A DNA stretch of 64,000 nt from Ascidiella aspersa (lineage: Eukaryota), in the NCBI GenBank assembly GCA_963924565.1, contig OZ004607.1, positions 10,168,001 to 10,232,000 on the forward strand, written 5' to 3'. Under the pieces are notes generated by a model that saw only the letters and a program-made list of their open reading frames with translations, was not told the DNA's origin and made no database searches. Positions 1 through 15,100 of the stretch are shown in pieces; position 1 is the stretch's first letter; each line of letters begins with the position of its first letter. A program made the translations under genes and the position numbers.

Positions 1-170
1 GTATCAAAAATTATTTTACCGAAACGCAGTTCCAGACCTTCCGTCTTACTTTTACCACTGCTTATAATACAAACGGTCATCGGTTTTATGCTTTTATCAA
101 ATTTGTTTTCGGAAGTCCTTTACTACCCAGTATTAGTTGCTAACATCAGTCCAATAACTTTACATTGTAG

Positions 171-3100
171 ATGGCAACCTGTATACCGGCACAGTTACAG
201 GCTTCAACAGTCTGGACGCCCGACTGACCAGATCTCCGGTCATTGTGAACGGCAGCCAGCCTGGACAGCGCGACAAGTACTTGACCAACGACCGAGACCA
301 AACCTGGCTCAACAGTAAGTTGTTGTGCTTATTGTAGTAAGTCCGTTTTATGCCCATTTTCATACTTTTATATGTGGGGTAGCGTTGTGCCATTGTTTTT
401 CGGGCATCCTATCATCTAAAATGACGTTACTTATCGAAATTGAAGGATTTTAAACAGGGCGTCGGAGTCGTACTCGGAACTCGACGGAGTTGATTTATTT
501 CGCTGGAGTCGTACTCGGGACTCCAGTATAATGACTACCTGTGTTCCAAACCTTGAGTGCGCATGCGCAGTACCACATTTCTAAACTAACAAGACCGCAA
601 ACTGCAGTTGTAAAGATGGAATAACATATGCTGGAATATTAGCGATAATAATGAAATACTGCAATACTCGTACCAAATCATATTTTCCTTGGGTATAGGA
701 CTTGTAGACTCTTCCAAACCATGGGCTACCAGTCGACTGTTGCATAGGGATTGCTCCAAGTTAGCGAAGCCCATCCTAAGTTTGATCCCTTAATGCCCGT
801 GCCAACTTTGTATAGCTTTTCGTTTTTCTCTGTTTCCTTTCGCCAGAATCTATTGTGATACAGAGCCGAAAATATTGCCTTTTCGAAAATTGCCGTTGTG
901 ACGAGATTTCGCGGTTTGGCGGAAAATTGCTAAAACCGGTTAAACTGCGCTGCGCTACCCACTGAGCTGCAATCCTTTCTGTGATTATTTCGCGATGCTG
1001 GCAGTCCAGTGGTCTCCAAATAATTGGAGCTTGCTGGCGAATAAATAAACCCCACCTAACAATTGACGTCATTTCTAAAAAAAAGCTTGCGATTTTTTTG
1101 CAAAACACTGTAGTGCGGTCATATGGTGGGTTTAGCGCCGCTTTGATAGGTACAACAAGCCGTTAAATAAATAAATTTTATTACATAATAACACTTTATG
1201 CCAATGGATTTCGTTTGCCTTGGATGGGACAGATTAGTTGGTCAATTAAAAAGCAACCATCTTCTTTTTTGACAAAGATTCATTTCCTCACTTGTTAGGT
1301 TAAAACCAGAGGTGGCTGTGTTTTTAAATAAATTGTCCTAAGATGGAAATTTGCACACAACTTGAAAACAAACGCTTTTCGAAGTTGCCACACAAATTTA
1401 GCAATGTGTGACTATGCTAGAGTATCAAATAAACGTGAAGCTTTGAATCATTTCAATTTAGGCTTGCGGTTGAAAAAATAATGAAGCCAAAACTGGTGGT
1501 TATTATCGTGCGATGGTTTTATTTAATATTTGTTTTAACATAGGTTTTAGAGCAGGGGTCGGCAACCTACGGCCCGCGGGCCGGATCCGGCCCGCCGATA
1601 AAATTCATCCGGCCCGCCGCCTCTTTGATAAATTAGAAACGAGTCCATTTCAAATACTTTTTGACTATTTTAACTACGTAAGGGCGAAAAATTTTCGCGC
1701 TTCGCGCGAATGATCCTTCTCCATTCGGTTTGTTTACGTTTTGACGCTGTCTTTTCAAATATAGATTAGCGCTTCTTTTCAAATATAGATTAGCGCTTCA
1801 ACGGAAAACGTATTCACAAATATTGGACATATATTTTTTAGCATTTTTTTATTTTTTATTGTCGGCAATGTAGGCTAATGAAAACTTGCAAGAAATGGCG
1901 TTATACCAAAATAAAATCGCGCTCGCTTCGCTCGCCAGGTGTGCCCGGACTTTGAAAGGTTGACACACACTCAACTAGATTAACTATTGTTATTGCGTTT
2001 CCTTAAAGTAGTTTTATTACACTTTTCATTAGTTGTATGGATGACGATGTGTGGACTCGGATTTTAAACCAAACAAACGCATTTTATTCGCGCTTTGTGC
2101 CAATACTTTAATACTGCCTCCTTAAATGTAATTAAACAAGTTTTTAAGCGCAAAAAAGATCCGAGGTCCGCCTGATTCACTGTAGTTTTAACATTTTAAT
2201 AACTTTCTTAGTTAACATTTTGTGCGGCCCGCAGAGACCTTTTTGAGTTTGGTTTTGGCCCGCGACTACAAAAAGGTTGCCGACCCCTGTTTTAGAGCAT
2301 TGCAACTATTTTTTGGTAAACACAACGGGTCTTGTCTATAAGTTCACCGAACGCCGAAACGCTGCTTCTGTGCATCTTTGCATTAATCTTTGTTTGAAAA
2401 TAGCCTTTGTATATTTTAGAGCATTGCAACTACTTGTATGTAAAGACAACAGGCCTTGTCTGGGGCCAAGTTCACCGAACACTGCCTTTGTGCAGCGGTG
2501 CGTGCAGGGGCCAATTTTCAGGGTAGGCACAGTATATTGTTAGTGTTTTTATCATAATTTTTGGCTTATCCTGAGCGGTTGATCCCTCACTGAGCAAGCG
2601 CTGTCTGGTAATTTGGCCGGGCTTTGCTTTTTTCAGAAAAAGTCAGGTCAAATTCAAAACCGAAATTACGGCAGTTTGAGTCTAGTCCTTCCTTGAACTT
2701 CGAGTTTCTGCCAGCGGGTTCAGACAATCATCTGTATACGAACACGAACGTTTATTTCAAATATTGTTAGAGTGAATTTTTTATAGCTTTCTTTTGCAAA
2801 TAATGGTTTGGTACCTTCCTCAAAACCAGTCTTCTATTTAGATCAGGTAACTTTAACTTTTCTCAGCCCTATTCCAAGTAAGAGTTTTTGCTTTTTTATA
2901 AGTGATGCCCTTCGTGGCGAATTAAATGACCGATTTCAATTAGGTTCAATTTTAGTCTGAAAAGTTAACAGCTTTTCGGTTTACCTCACATATAACTAAA
3001 ATTCGGATAAAGTCTGACGGAGCAGAGCCAATTCGACCTTAGATGGTTTAGGCGTGCATTTTCTATTTCGCAAGTTGCTAGACGGACTTAGCCGTATCAC

Positions 3101-6100
3101 GATAACGTCAAATGACAAAAACGCGCTTCTATATTGGCCAGAGTGCCATTAAAAAGCGTTCGACTTAATTTTGAGCTGCAAAAATGCTGTCAATGCGGTG
3201 AATTCGACTGCCCCAGTCCATTTCCTTAGTCACGGTCTTACTTCTGTTTACGCCCAGTTTATTGCGTAGCGTGGTACTCGTTCGACAATAGACGATGGAT
3301 AAGTCGGCGTCGAGCACATAAAGGGGTGGTTTTGACCTGCACACCATAACAATAGCGCCAGCGACCGAATGGCGGCTTCCACATGTTTTATCTTTAGCCC
3401 TAAATGCGTTTGAAGTCGCCATTTGCTTTGGCAGTTCGACAGCAGCTAAGACCACTCCCAATACGCGATTACAATTTCTTTAAAAAGTGCAGTATATCTT
3501 GCTTGTGAAATCGGCATGTTCGGACATTTTTTAAAGAAGAAGAATGTGTTTTAAAGGCTTATGATCTTTCGGTCCATTAAAGTGTTCGATCTAAGGGTCA
3601 ACAAATGTTCGTTGCACGGAGATTCGAACTCACAACGCCAAACCACAACCAGTCTTTAAAAACTATATTTTCTCAAGTCTTTAAAAGGAATTAAATTTAT
3701 GTTGTGTCCAGCTCGAGTTATGTGTTAAGAAATTTCGTATGGTAAAACCAATTTTAAATTGTTTGTTATTGCTTGGCCATGCGAGTTATACTGTTTTGTT
3801 TTCGAATTACACTTAAAAAAACGTCTATCTATTCACTTTAGGTATTTGAAAAGTGATAAATGTTCTTTAAAGATTCTTTGTATTTTTTGATGAAATTGTG
3901 TATCAACCCTGATGGATCTACACATACAGTTTAGACGCGTGTAGCTGCATAGTATCTAGTACTGGGTGAAAAACAAACACATGGCCCATAGTTTCCCATT
4001 CTGAAGTTGCCATAGCTGTAAAGCTGCCATTACTCCCGATATGCTGAAACAACAAACGATCTCGCAAAAGTCTTTCTTGACCGCCTTTTGGAAGCTGCGC
4101 GATCGATTTTGTTGCTTTTGGGCGAGAAAGCAAGTTTAAGTTTGCGAGACTCGGGACGGAAGTTCAATAGCGGCTTTCGAAAACCGCAGGCTGAAACAAC
4201 ACGACCGACAAGCTGCAGTCCTTGATTCGTATTGCAGTAAACGTGTCGCGCTTCCAACTGAACTAACAGAAAAGTTTACGGCTGGACTTTTTTTTACTTT
4301 TTATTTTTTTAACCGTACAATCTTGTACTTGAATTTCCTATAGATTCGTGGGTTCGAACCACCGAATAGAGTGCTACAGTAATACCGGGAAAAGTTTCAG
4401 AAGCTTGCAAACAATTTTTTAACGGGCAAATGAGTGGCTTAAAAACAGATCTTTTGTAAAAATGAATAATGTTTACTTAAAAATGTAATGCTGAATAGAA
4501 CGTTTTGTGAAACGTAGCCTTTTTAAAAACGTAGCCATTGAAAAGTTCGACGACCTAATGTTCAGAAAACCATGAACAACCTAATTAGCTTTGCTCAGCT
4601 TAAAGCGTGTACCTCTCCAACCGATGCACAACATACGTTGTTTGTCGCCTTCAACGTAGTTAGAACAATCGCTCAAAGTAACGGTAAGTAAACCTCTACG
4701 CCCGTCCCTGCCTGTTCTGCGCTTGGGCCGGATCCAAACCCCACAAAACAGCTCAAAACAAGCGTTTGTCGAGTTTTTCGTTAAGACGCCAGCAGCCCTT
4801 TCACCTTGTACCGTCTTAGGGAATTCGGGTTGTTTAGATTTTGAAAATTTTTAAAAAGTTTCTTTGTGGGCCGATTTGTCTTGCTTCCTTGTTTTATGTG
4901 CTGTTACATTTTTAATTTCGCCACATCATTTGGCATTTCCACGTATTATAGCAAAATTTGCAAAAGTTCATAAAGTGAAATTCCCGAAAATTAATAATTT
5001 TACTGCAAAACTTTAGCTCGTTTTTCACTAATGTTTTTAGGTCACGACCCAAAATTGAATCGCTGACTGCAGTATGGTTAGATTTATTGAGGTTGGTTCT
5101 GTCAACGATCTCTCCAAAATTTGACAACATTTCAAAAGTAACATAAAGACATGGCTCATAGCAATTAAATTTGCAAAACATCAGTAAAGTAAATTAGGTG
5201 GTCATAACTTCGCTCTTGTACGCGCTTTAGTTTTTTAATCGCCGCGAAAAAACGATGCGAATCACTGATATACACACTAATAAGAGGATGGCCTTTTTGC
5301 TTTAGTCATAGAGCTTTCAACCCTTTAGAAAAACCTACCCTCTCCCCTATCGTCAGAGAACTGTTATTTTACCGGCCCTAACCTTTGATCGCTTTCCAAA
5401 CGCTACAAACCCGGTGCTCGACGCCACACGGCGCCAGGCCCTGGCCCGAAGCCCCTCCCTAGCACTTCGGCTGGGGGTGCGGGGGCAAGTAGGGGTCAAA
5501 CGTCTGCTGTTGGGGCCGTCTCGCCTGTCGGCCCCCAAAACCTGCACGTTCATCACTCGGCCAGAACAGGAAGTTGTGTGCGGGGATTAGCAATCGCTAG
5601 CAAGTTGTTAAACGAAGAAACACAAATAAAATAAATTCTATTCAACCAGCGTTCTTTTTAAGAAAGAACATCGCCTTTGAAAATAGGTCCTATATACAAT
5701 GGAAAATTCAATTTTATACCAAAGGTTAAATGAGTAGATACAATTGCTTATCTTCGGTCTATTAAAATGTTCAAGTTTGAGTTTTTTTACTTTTTAGGCC
5801 CACAAAGATTTTTATGGACTCCTAAGGTTTTAAGAATCTTGCAATGTTGGACCCTATTTACGTTTTTGGGATAAGTAACTGTCAAATAAAGTTTGATTCG
5901 AAGCGAATCTATGTTACAGTGTTACATACAAGTGGCAATACCTAGTGTTTTTATTTTCAAGTCTTTTGGCGATTCAACTTTAGCTTCAAGTGTACATAAC
6001 AGGCCAAACCCTAAACTAGCTGTAGGCTGTTGAAGCAACCTTGTAATTGATTAAAGGCGTGACGAGTTAGTCTTAACTGAGATCATCATATATTTATGTT

Positions 6101-9100
6101 GGTTTTGAGGGGGATGATTTTCGGCCAAAAATTGCTCAAGCTAAATAAACTTAACAAAGGATTACGGATCACTTCATGAGGTCTCAAATTGTGGCCCCAA
6201 ATGTCAAAATTTTACAGAAACTTTCCTGTTTACATTTTTTCTTTCTTTTTTGTGACGAGAACAAGCCAAGACATGGCTTCTCGTAGAGTTCGCAGTGTTC
6301 GTAACAAAATATCTTTGTTTTATTTGACTAAGATTTTTACAGCTGGCAGTAACCAACCGTATTTTTTCAACTAAAACTCATACAGGATCAGACGTTTTGT
6401 TTAGAAGGAAAATATATTTCGCCAAGTGGCATCCACAGTTTCCTTAATTCGTTTTATTTGTGAATATACGCGTCAGCGGAGCAGTGGTCGACTGGCTAAA
6501 GCCTGCCGCCGATGGTTTTGGATTCTATAAAGATACACCCTAATGCATTTTTTTAAATGCTTTTAGGCAGTCAGTTGAACTCTTTTTTTGTTGTACATGT
6601 GTGGTTTGCGTGTTGTTCTTTAAATTGTAGCTTACGCCCCGTGTTATTTCGCAATACATTTCTCCATTATCTTGCTCGTCGCGAACTATAAGCCAAATCG
6701 AACTCAAGCCAAAACCAAGCTGCTGTCAGTTTTCAAAGGGGCCGCAGCGATCTCAAAGCGTGTATTTCCTGGAGCGCTTACAGCAGCTTTAGTTTTACCA
6801 GTTGACGTTGCGTATCAGGCCCACCCAACACTTTTTGGTCGGGCCTTGCTCCAAGGCAAGGCCGTCTTGTTGCAACCGCAGCCACAACAAAAGTAGCGAC
6901 TAGCGACACAACAAAGTTTGCTTCTTTTGGCTTCGTGTTGGTTTTGTCACGTTTGTTACTCTCGAAAGATTACTTCGCGTGATTCATTGCTCTGGATTAA
7001 ACGCACGAGTGTCTCTATGTTTCGATTCTAATAGACTAGAGATGTATGACTTATTTGTTCGATTACCGTTACCCACTTTTTGTGAACAAGTACGTTGTCC
7101 GTTTTGATACCAGTTAATTTTTATTGACTTGTGAACGTCATTAAAACCTTCGCATGGAGTCGTAACTTGCTTTAAATGAAAAAAAATCTACCACCCATTG
7201 TTCGTGCTTTTGGTTTAAATCACGTTTCTAGGTAAAATTGTTGCATTAAACCGCTTTTCATTACTTCACCTTTATTTTATAATTGTATCGGAGCTGGAAC
7301 CACTTGAAACTCTTCAGTAACGTTTCTATATTTTTTCCTCAGGACCCCGATTTATCCGCATTGTGAACCAACCTGAAAAGATGTTCGTCTTTTTTACCGA
7401 GGAAGCGGTCGAGAAAAATTCCTACGTGAGTTGAAATTCTTTTCGTTCCGTCATTGTATCTATAGGGCACTCGTTCTTATTCCTTTAATGGTGGTGATCA
7501 CCTCAAAGTCTAGCTACCTATGTCCTATACTTATTATAACAAGCCAATTTTTTGTCCTATTAGCACTGTCTCATTTCGTAATAAACAAAGATTTGAAATA
7601 TAGTGAAGCGTTTCACATTTTCGGAATCAAAACTTTTGTCGTTGGCCAGAAGTTTGTGCTGTATAAAAAAACTTCTTTCAACGCATGCAATCATGGGCTG
7701 ACAGTCTTGCAACAAACTATAGACTGCTTGTGAAACGCAAAACACTTTAGCAGTTGCATTGTTGAATTTGGAAAAAAATACGATTTGGGTAAAGCATTGC
7801 CTGGTGCCCAAAATATCGGGTATCGGTATCGGAATAAACTGTCAAGTATCGTAAATCCCTATACTCAATTTCTTCCCACAGCAAATCGTAAGCCGCGTGG
7901 CTCAAGCTTGCAAGTCAGACGAAGGCGGCCCAAGTCTGCTGCAGAACCAGTTCTCCACCTTCTTCAAGGCCACCCTCAACTGCTCGCTGCCCGGCAGACC
8001 GCCCTTCTACTTCAACGAAATGAGTGACGTCACCGATGTCGTCACGATGACGATGCTGGACGGACAGAGCAAGTTGCGCGTGGTGTTCGCCGTCATGAAC
8101 ACGCCAAAGTATGACGTCTCTTTGTTTTGTTGTTTGCCTGAATATAAAATTATATATTTTTGTTAATTTGGCGACAGTCAGTAAAGTTCTGTTTCGACGT
8201 GATATAGTTTACAGCAGTGCTTCCCAACCAGTGGGTCGCGAAGCATTTCTAGTGTTTTTACAGTTTTCTATTAGATCGTGAAATTATTGCATTACCGTTA
8301 GGCGTTACGTAACATTGCGCGTGAACTTGTCTCCAATCAAGCCTCGACTTGATCTGTTAATATCCAATTATCCAATATACCAGCTGAAGTATCACATGAA
8401 TAGTAAATTGCATAGGTGTATACATTGTTTCTTTTCTCGTTAATTTGTTTTTAATTCGTTTGGTAATATCGCATTGTGGGTCGCTCAATAAAAGTTGCCC
8501 TAAACGTGGGTCGCGAATTGAAAAAGGTTGGGAAGCACTGATATACAGCATGTAACACAATTGTTATATGTTAGCAAACTAATAGAAATAATACCGAAGG
8601 GTAGAAAAGCGTGCAAACCTTGATAAATTTCGATTTATACATTGCAATATGGCGAACGAGGTGAAAGTCGTGCCCATTCGACTTTTTGATAACTTATTTG
8701 CAAGTGTTTGTTAGCAATGGAACATTTTCAAATTAGGAACCGTGTAATACGAAAAACACTAGATATTTTTTTTAATTTTTACAGAAATAAACATTGCCTA
8801 AAAGTTATGGATTAACGCAGACGTAGAACAAGCTTTTTTTTTCTCTTCGCCAAATAGTTTTGTGTCAAAGCAAGCTTGTACACGAGTATTTTATAAAAAA
8901 ATCTTAACAAAAATCAGACTTTTTAACCGTTTTCTGACTTTTTCGCAGGAATAGCATCCACGGTTCGGCTGTGTGCGCTTTCGTGATGGAAGACATCGAA
9001 TCGGCTCTTAACGGTCCTTTCATGGAGCAACAAACTTTCATGAACCAACAGTTCTGGGGGGTTTCCCCCACATCACCCACGCCCCACCCAGCAAGGTAAG

Positions 9101-12100
9101 ACTGATTTTTTCTACATAATATACAATGCATTTCTTTAACTAAGATTCTAAGCATCCGAAACTTTTTGCATACTCTTAGTTTTTTGATTTTTTTTTAATT
9201 AAATATTAACTAGCCTTCTACTACAGGGTTGTCACAAGGTCTTTGAGTCTTTAAAAGTATTTGATTGTCTTTGAAGTAATTTGCCTATCAAATTGTCTTT
9301 AAATTATTTATATCTAACTCAAGTTATGTTTTTAGAAAATGCCGTTCTAAAATCAACTTTTAAACTATTTGTTGTTGAGTTGACCATGGCATTTATCATT
9401 TTTTGTTTCGGAATTATATTCAAACAACGTCGAGCCATCCAAATTTGGACTTTTAAAAAGTTTTAATTTTCTTAGAAAAGTCTCTGAGTGTTTCTGAATT
9501 GTTTACCTAAAAGTGTGTGACAAACTTGTTATATATCACAGCTTACAATTTTTATTTTTAACATGTTCTAAAAAAAGTAATTTGATGTTAAATTTAGTCT
9601 AACATAATTCTCGATCGTAAAATACCACTTTAAAAACAAATTGTTGTTCCCAATACCCAATATTTTGCGCATTATATGCTACATATTAAATTTAGGTTCA
9701 CCTACGTATCGCAACTTAAACAAATAAACCAAAATTAGTTTTTTTTTTCGAAACCAAATTGCGATCCATTCGATTTGTTTAACGCTGCTTGCAGCAAACA
9801 GTCTTGGATCTCAGGCTTACCGACTAAGACCTTTTAAATTTCCAGTTATCTTGCGGTTTTTGTAATGAACTCTGAGCAGTTAAAAGTCGAACTCTCGCAA
9901 TATTTCCGCGTTCCATCCTCTGTGACGTGTAGAATAGTTTAGTTCGTTTTCAATCTGTTGTATTTTTGCATTTTGAGAGACTCTAAACAGCAGTGCCCCC
10001 TTCTCATTGTTTGGCTAAAACCTAGATTGCCTTTACGTTAATTTAGTTGGTTTAAAACGTTAGGTTGTCAAGCACAGCAACACAATATATAATGAGAAAA
10101 AACAACAGGTTTTACTGTGTGCTTCCACGTATATGCACTAACAAAAATAGGTTTCTGGGGGCAATTGACTGAACAAGAAACCAGGCAAAAGGAATGATTT
10201 CATATTAAATCACCCAGTTTAAATCAGATTTTTACCTGGCCCCTTTCGTATTTAATGACACTTTAATTTACACAGCTGCTTACGTATGTTAAAGTACCCA
10301 AAAATTCCAAATTTTATACACATTAACAAAGTAGTTTTTGAGATATTGCACAAAATTGGCACGAATTTGCCACTAGGCGATAGATATTTCATTTTTTTGT
10401 TAATAACCTAGCCATTTCGTATTGAATTTCTATAATTTTGAGCTCATTTTGAAGCTAAAGACTATAGGGAAAACTAATCATTCGTGTCATTTACTGTCAG
10501 GTTTACACACGAGTTAATTTCTATTTAATTTGTCTTTACTCTTGGGTCCGCTCAGTAGACGCTTAGTTGCGTTCTTTCCTTTCCACATCTCTTGTCACCT
10601 TGTAGGGATGCGACAAAAAACGTGCTAGCCCGCCGACACCACCGCGTCATAATCCGACCTTTGTTTGCGCGACAATGGCGACGCCGATTGACGCACGCTG
10701 TCGACGGATCGGCCAAACTTCGCGACAATTTCGTTAAAAGACGCGAAAAGGCTGGGTTCTCGCCCAAAGGATTAACGCCTGTTTGTTTTCCGAACAGCTC
10801 GCCGCCCAATATAAGCGCTTGTAAACCTGGTAACAGGAAAAAGCGAAAACGTCAACGACAGATTAACGTGTCTGTCCTTAATATTCCAGCTATTTTTCGC
10901 ATTTTTTCGCTAAGGAAATACTGTTACTGCAAACAAGTCGTTTTAAAATGTTTTGCGACCTAGTCGATTAAATCAAAGTCAATCCATTGTTACGAACAAG
11001 TCATGTCCTAATTAAGGGTAATTGCAAGTCAATCGATTTACATTTAAAGTCGTTGAAGCTAATAAGGCTGTCTTTTACATGATAACTGACAAAAATAAAA
11101 TAGCAAGCAAAAACCAAGCTAATTATGGTCACATTTTCAAAAAAATGTATTCAGTTAAAACATTAACACGTCAATTACCTCAGAGACTTTAAAGTCCAAG
11201 TCACTTGTCCAAAAGATTAGTTAGATCAAAATTCAAGCAAATAATTTACAAACAGTGATTAAAGCACACCTAGGTCAAGCCATTAACTAACTTAGGTCAA
11301 GTGATTTACAAGAAGTGACTAAAGCACCCTTAAGTCAAGTCATTGTCGCAATTTAGTCGAGTAACTTGGAAACACTGATTTAAGTCTACTAAAGTCGTAG
11401 ACTTTAACGTGTCATTACCTTAAGTCAATATAACACTGATAAAATCCCAAACCACAAGTGCTTACGTTTCCATTGTGACGCAGGTGTGACGAAACAATGC
11501 CGAGCAGCAAGGACGAGGTATTCATCCGCAAGCATCCGCTGATGGCACGGAGTGTGAACGCGTCTGACATGAAAAGCCAGAAGGTGGTTTCCGGACACCA
11601 GGCGGCGCCCGTGTTCACCTGGCTCGATGACGGGTAAGTCCCTGAATTTTTTTTTTACATTTTTATTTATTTTATTTTATTTGCTTGAGCATAGTAATGA
11701 CGCCTTTTGGTATATTATCGCGATAATTTATGTCTAAAATATCGTGTATAGGTATTAAAATAAAATGTCGAGTATCTTACTAAACGTTGTATTAATAACT
11801 TACTTGGGATTAGATATTCGTTCTACGTCCAATTACAACCTACAACCGCTTCCAAGTATTATAACTTTTACCAAAAAGACTTAAGTCAAGTTAAGTCGTT
11901 TGAAAACAGTTATGTGCACTTAACTAAAGCCATTGACTGAAGTCATTACAACACAGCTCACGACCCAAGTATTATAACACAAATGTTTGCTCAAGACAAG
12001 TTTCAATTTGGTTGAAGATTAAAGCTTGGATTGGAGTTTTTCGGTCTCATTTTTAAACGCAAGACAGGTTCAAGTGCTAGCATTTATATTTCAAAATCAC

Positions 12101-15100
12101 AAGTGAGCTTTTTGCTGCTTTACATGCTGTGAGCTGGCGCAAAACAGGGTAACAACACTTTTACGAAAACCTGTACTGAAATATGCGTTAAACCCTCGAC
12201 CTCGAATAACATACAAAACAAAATAAAATTTTCAATTCTCGGATCAGTTACATACGCTGAAAACCGGTCTAACACGTTTAACTTACTCGCGCAATTAAGT
12301 CAATCAGACGTTCAGAAAAGGGAATAAAATTCGCAAGTACCTTTGATTAAAGCTATAAAATACCCAGTAGAACTATAAATGTTTAAACAACTACACTAAA
12401 ATGTAGTCTAACATTTTACATGTTGTCACAAAATACTATAACACTAAAATATAAAATTACTCATTTATCCAAAGCCATAATACAAAAACGAAGCTTAGCG
12501 AAGCCAATTCTTTTCGTTGACCTTTGGTCAGCTCCACGTACCAAAACGCAAATAATACAAAAACAACATTACTAAACTTTTCTAAACCATGTGAAACTAT
12601 ATCAATTTTACTCTAAGCGTAAGTACAAGAGCGACGTTTTGTCCACCTAATTCGATTTAACTTTTGTAAGCGAAAAAAAGTTGTAAGCCAAAAAACATAG
12701 GAAATTGGCATTAATCAGTGAAAAATAATGAATATGAGCCATGTCTTTATATTGCTTTTGCAATGTTCTCAATTTTTGAAGAGATCCTCACAGAACCAAT
12801 CCCAGTAAATGTAACCATTTAAAACTTCCGCAGTCGGCGACCCAACCAGATTAAACGGCGACTCAACTTTGGTTCGCTCACATTGGTTAGCTAACATTGA
12901 CTCACACAAAATTACATTTAACACCTGTTTTGTGCAGCACCTTTCTGACAACGATAGCGGCCGATCGCCATCCCGACGACGCAACACGCACGACCCTCTT
13001 CACCGGGACAGTGACCGGAAGTGTGCTGCGAATCGACGGTGACGCAAGTTCCGGTCGGTACCGGCTCGTCGACGAGAGGAAGGTGTTTAACCCGGAAAAG
13101 TGCGGCGACACGGACAGGTTGGTTGTTTTTGGCCTTTTTTGTACGATTTTTGCCGAGTTTGGTGAGTTTTACTGGCCAAGGCCCAACCGCTAAGATTTTA
13201 AAAGATCTATAACAGCAAGTAATGGAGTAGTGTTTGGCTTTTTTGCAGGTTCTGATAAATTTAATGAATTTTACTTTCTGCATTTTTTAAAAATAATATT
13301 TTACTGGTTAAGAACCAACGAAAAAGGTTTCAAAATATCCAAAACATAACTTTTAATAGAATATGTTTTCGGCCTTTTAGTAGACTCTGACAAACTTACC
13401 GAATTTCACTGATTAAAACCTAACCATTTGGGTTGTAAAATATATAAAAACAACTTTAAAAAGGGTATTTCTTTTACTTTTTACAATTTATGAAAAAATA
13501 GCTTTATTTTTCTGGTCAAGACCCAACAACTAAAGTTATAAAATATTCTAATCCTTAAATTTTGATAGAGTATTGTTTGTTTTATAAATGTTTGAAATTT
13601 TAATGAACAAGATCCTACCACTAATGTTTTATAAGATCTTAAACAACTTTTGAAAGCGTGGTTTTATGAGATTATTTGCAGACTTGACGAATTTAACATT
13701 TCTTTTATCTTTTAAACAGTTTAGTTATTTTGACACTGTTGGGGCACGCACAAATCATGGAAGAAACGACTTACAATCATATTTTAATAATATAGCTAGC
13801 GTTCACATGTCAAGCTGCTCATAGCTCATCCCAGATGCATCTAATTACCTTCTCAACATAATGTTTTTTTCTTTTTTTATGAATTGTGATGGGTCAGAAA
13901 AAAACCATCATGCCTTCAGTAAGTTTTATTAGTCAGTTAATAATAACTCGCTCAAAAGCGTTTAACCTAAACATAACACTTATCAAATTCTTAAAACTTT
14001 GATTTTTTTTTTACTTGAATTGAACATGTTTACACGCAAGTTCTAGTGTCAACATTCATCAACAATATATGTAAATCATAAAATCATGCAATTTTTATCC
14101 TAAATCCTATTTTGTTCAGAACCGTCCGCCAGGTTCGAGTGGACAGGGACAGCGGCAAACTTCTTCTTCAGTTCACCAACTGCGTCATCGTTGCTCCGCT
14201 CTGCCCTCTGGTGACCAAATGCCGAAAGTAAGTGAAAATAAAAAAAGGCGATTGTGTTGTTTAGTTATACTTGCGATGTCCGATTGTAAAGGATCGGAGC
14301 TGATATAGGACATTACACACTGGGCAAATGTATTTTTAAAAGCTTGTATTTCAGCAATATTATGATTTATGTTAAGCATCGTTTTTTCAATTTTAGAGTA
14401 TTCTATACAACACTGTTGTAAAAACTTTTAATGTCGTATTTTACTTTTAAAAATATCTAAAATTACTGGCCAATAGTTTAAAACGAATTGTCTAATTCCC
14501 CTTAAATGAAAGAAAGGTCTAACTAATGTATTTTTTTACTTCGAATAGTTAAGGAACCGTTTTATCCCTCTAATTGGCAATAATAACACAGTCCAGTACC
14601 AACAGGCGTTATTGTTAATAAGGTGACAGTTGCTGAAAACACACATTTTTTAGTAAAATTGATTGTACTATGTCTACAGCAAAATGAAAATCTTAAATAA
14701 ATATCTCATATGATCGATAAAAAATGATTTTCAAACATGAATTTTCCAAGTTGAATGAGAAAATCTTATGAGACTTGTCTTTCCAGGACTTGTCTGGAGG
14801 CCAACGATCCCTACTGCGTATGGAGGAATCACTCGTGCGTGTCGGTAACCACTAGCAACCTGCGTGAGGGGGCGATGATAGCGGGTGACGAGGGTGATTG
14901 TGAGACTGGGGTCATTGGGGTCGTCGATACCGGTAAGTTGATTTTGTCGTTTATTTTTTAATAAAAACGCCGATTTGAGACAAATTGGAGTTAATTTGTA
15001 AGATGAATGATGAATTGCGCAGTATTTTTAACTGAATACGAGACACACCAGTAGGTTGGTTTCGTCTTGTTATTTACATCTGAAATGGGTAAATTTCAAC

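Noticed and set aside
3165-3461. 98-aa minus-strand ORF in the long semaphorin intron (and similar ORFs 776-1108, 10592-10963)
   Set aside because: Non-ATG starts, no recognisable motifs, and no splice partners.
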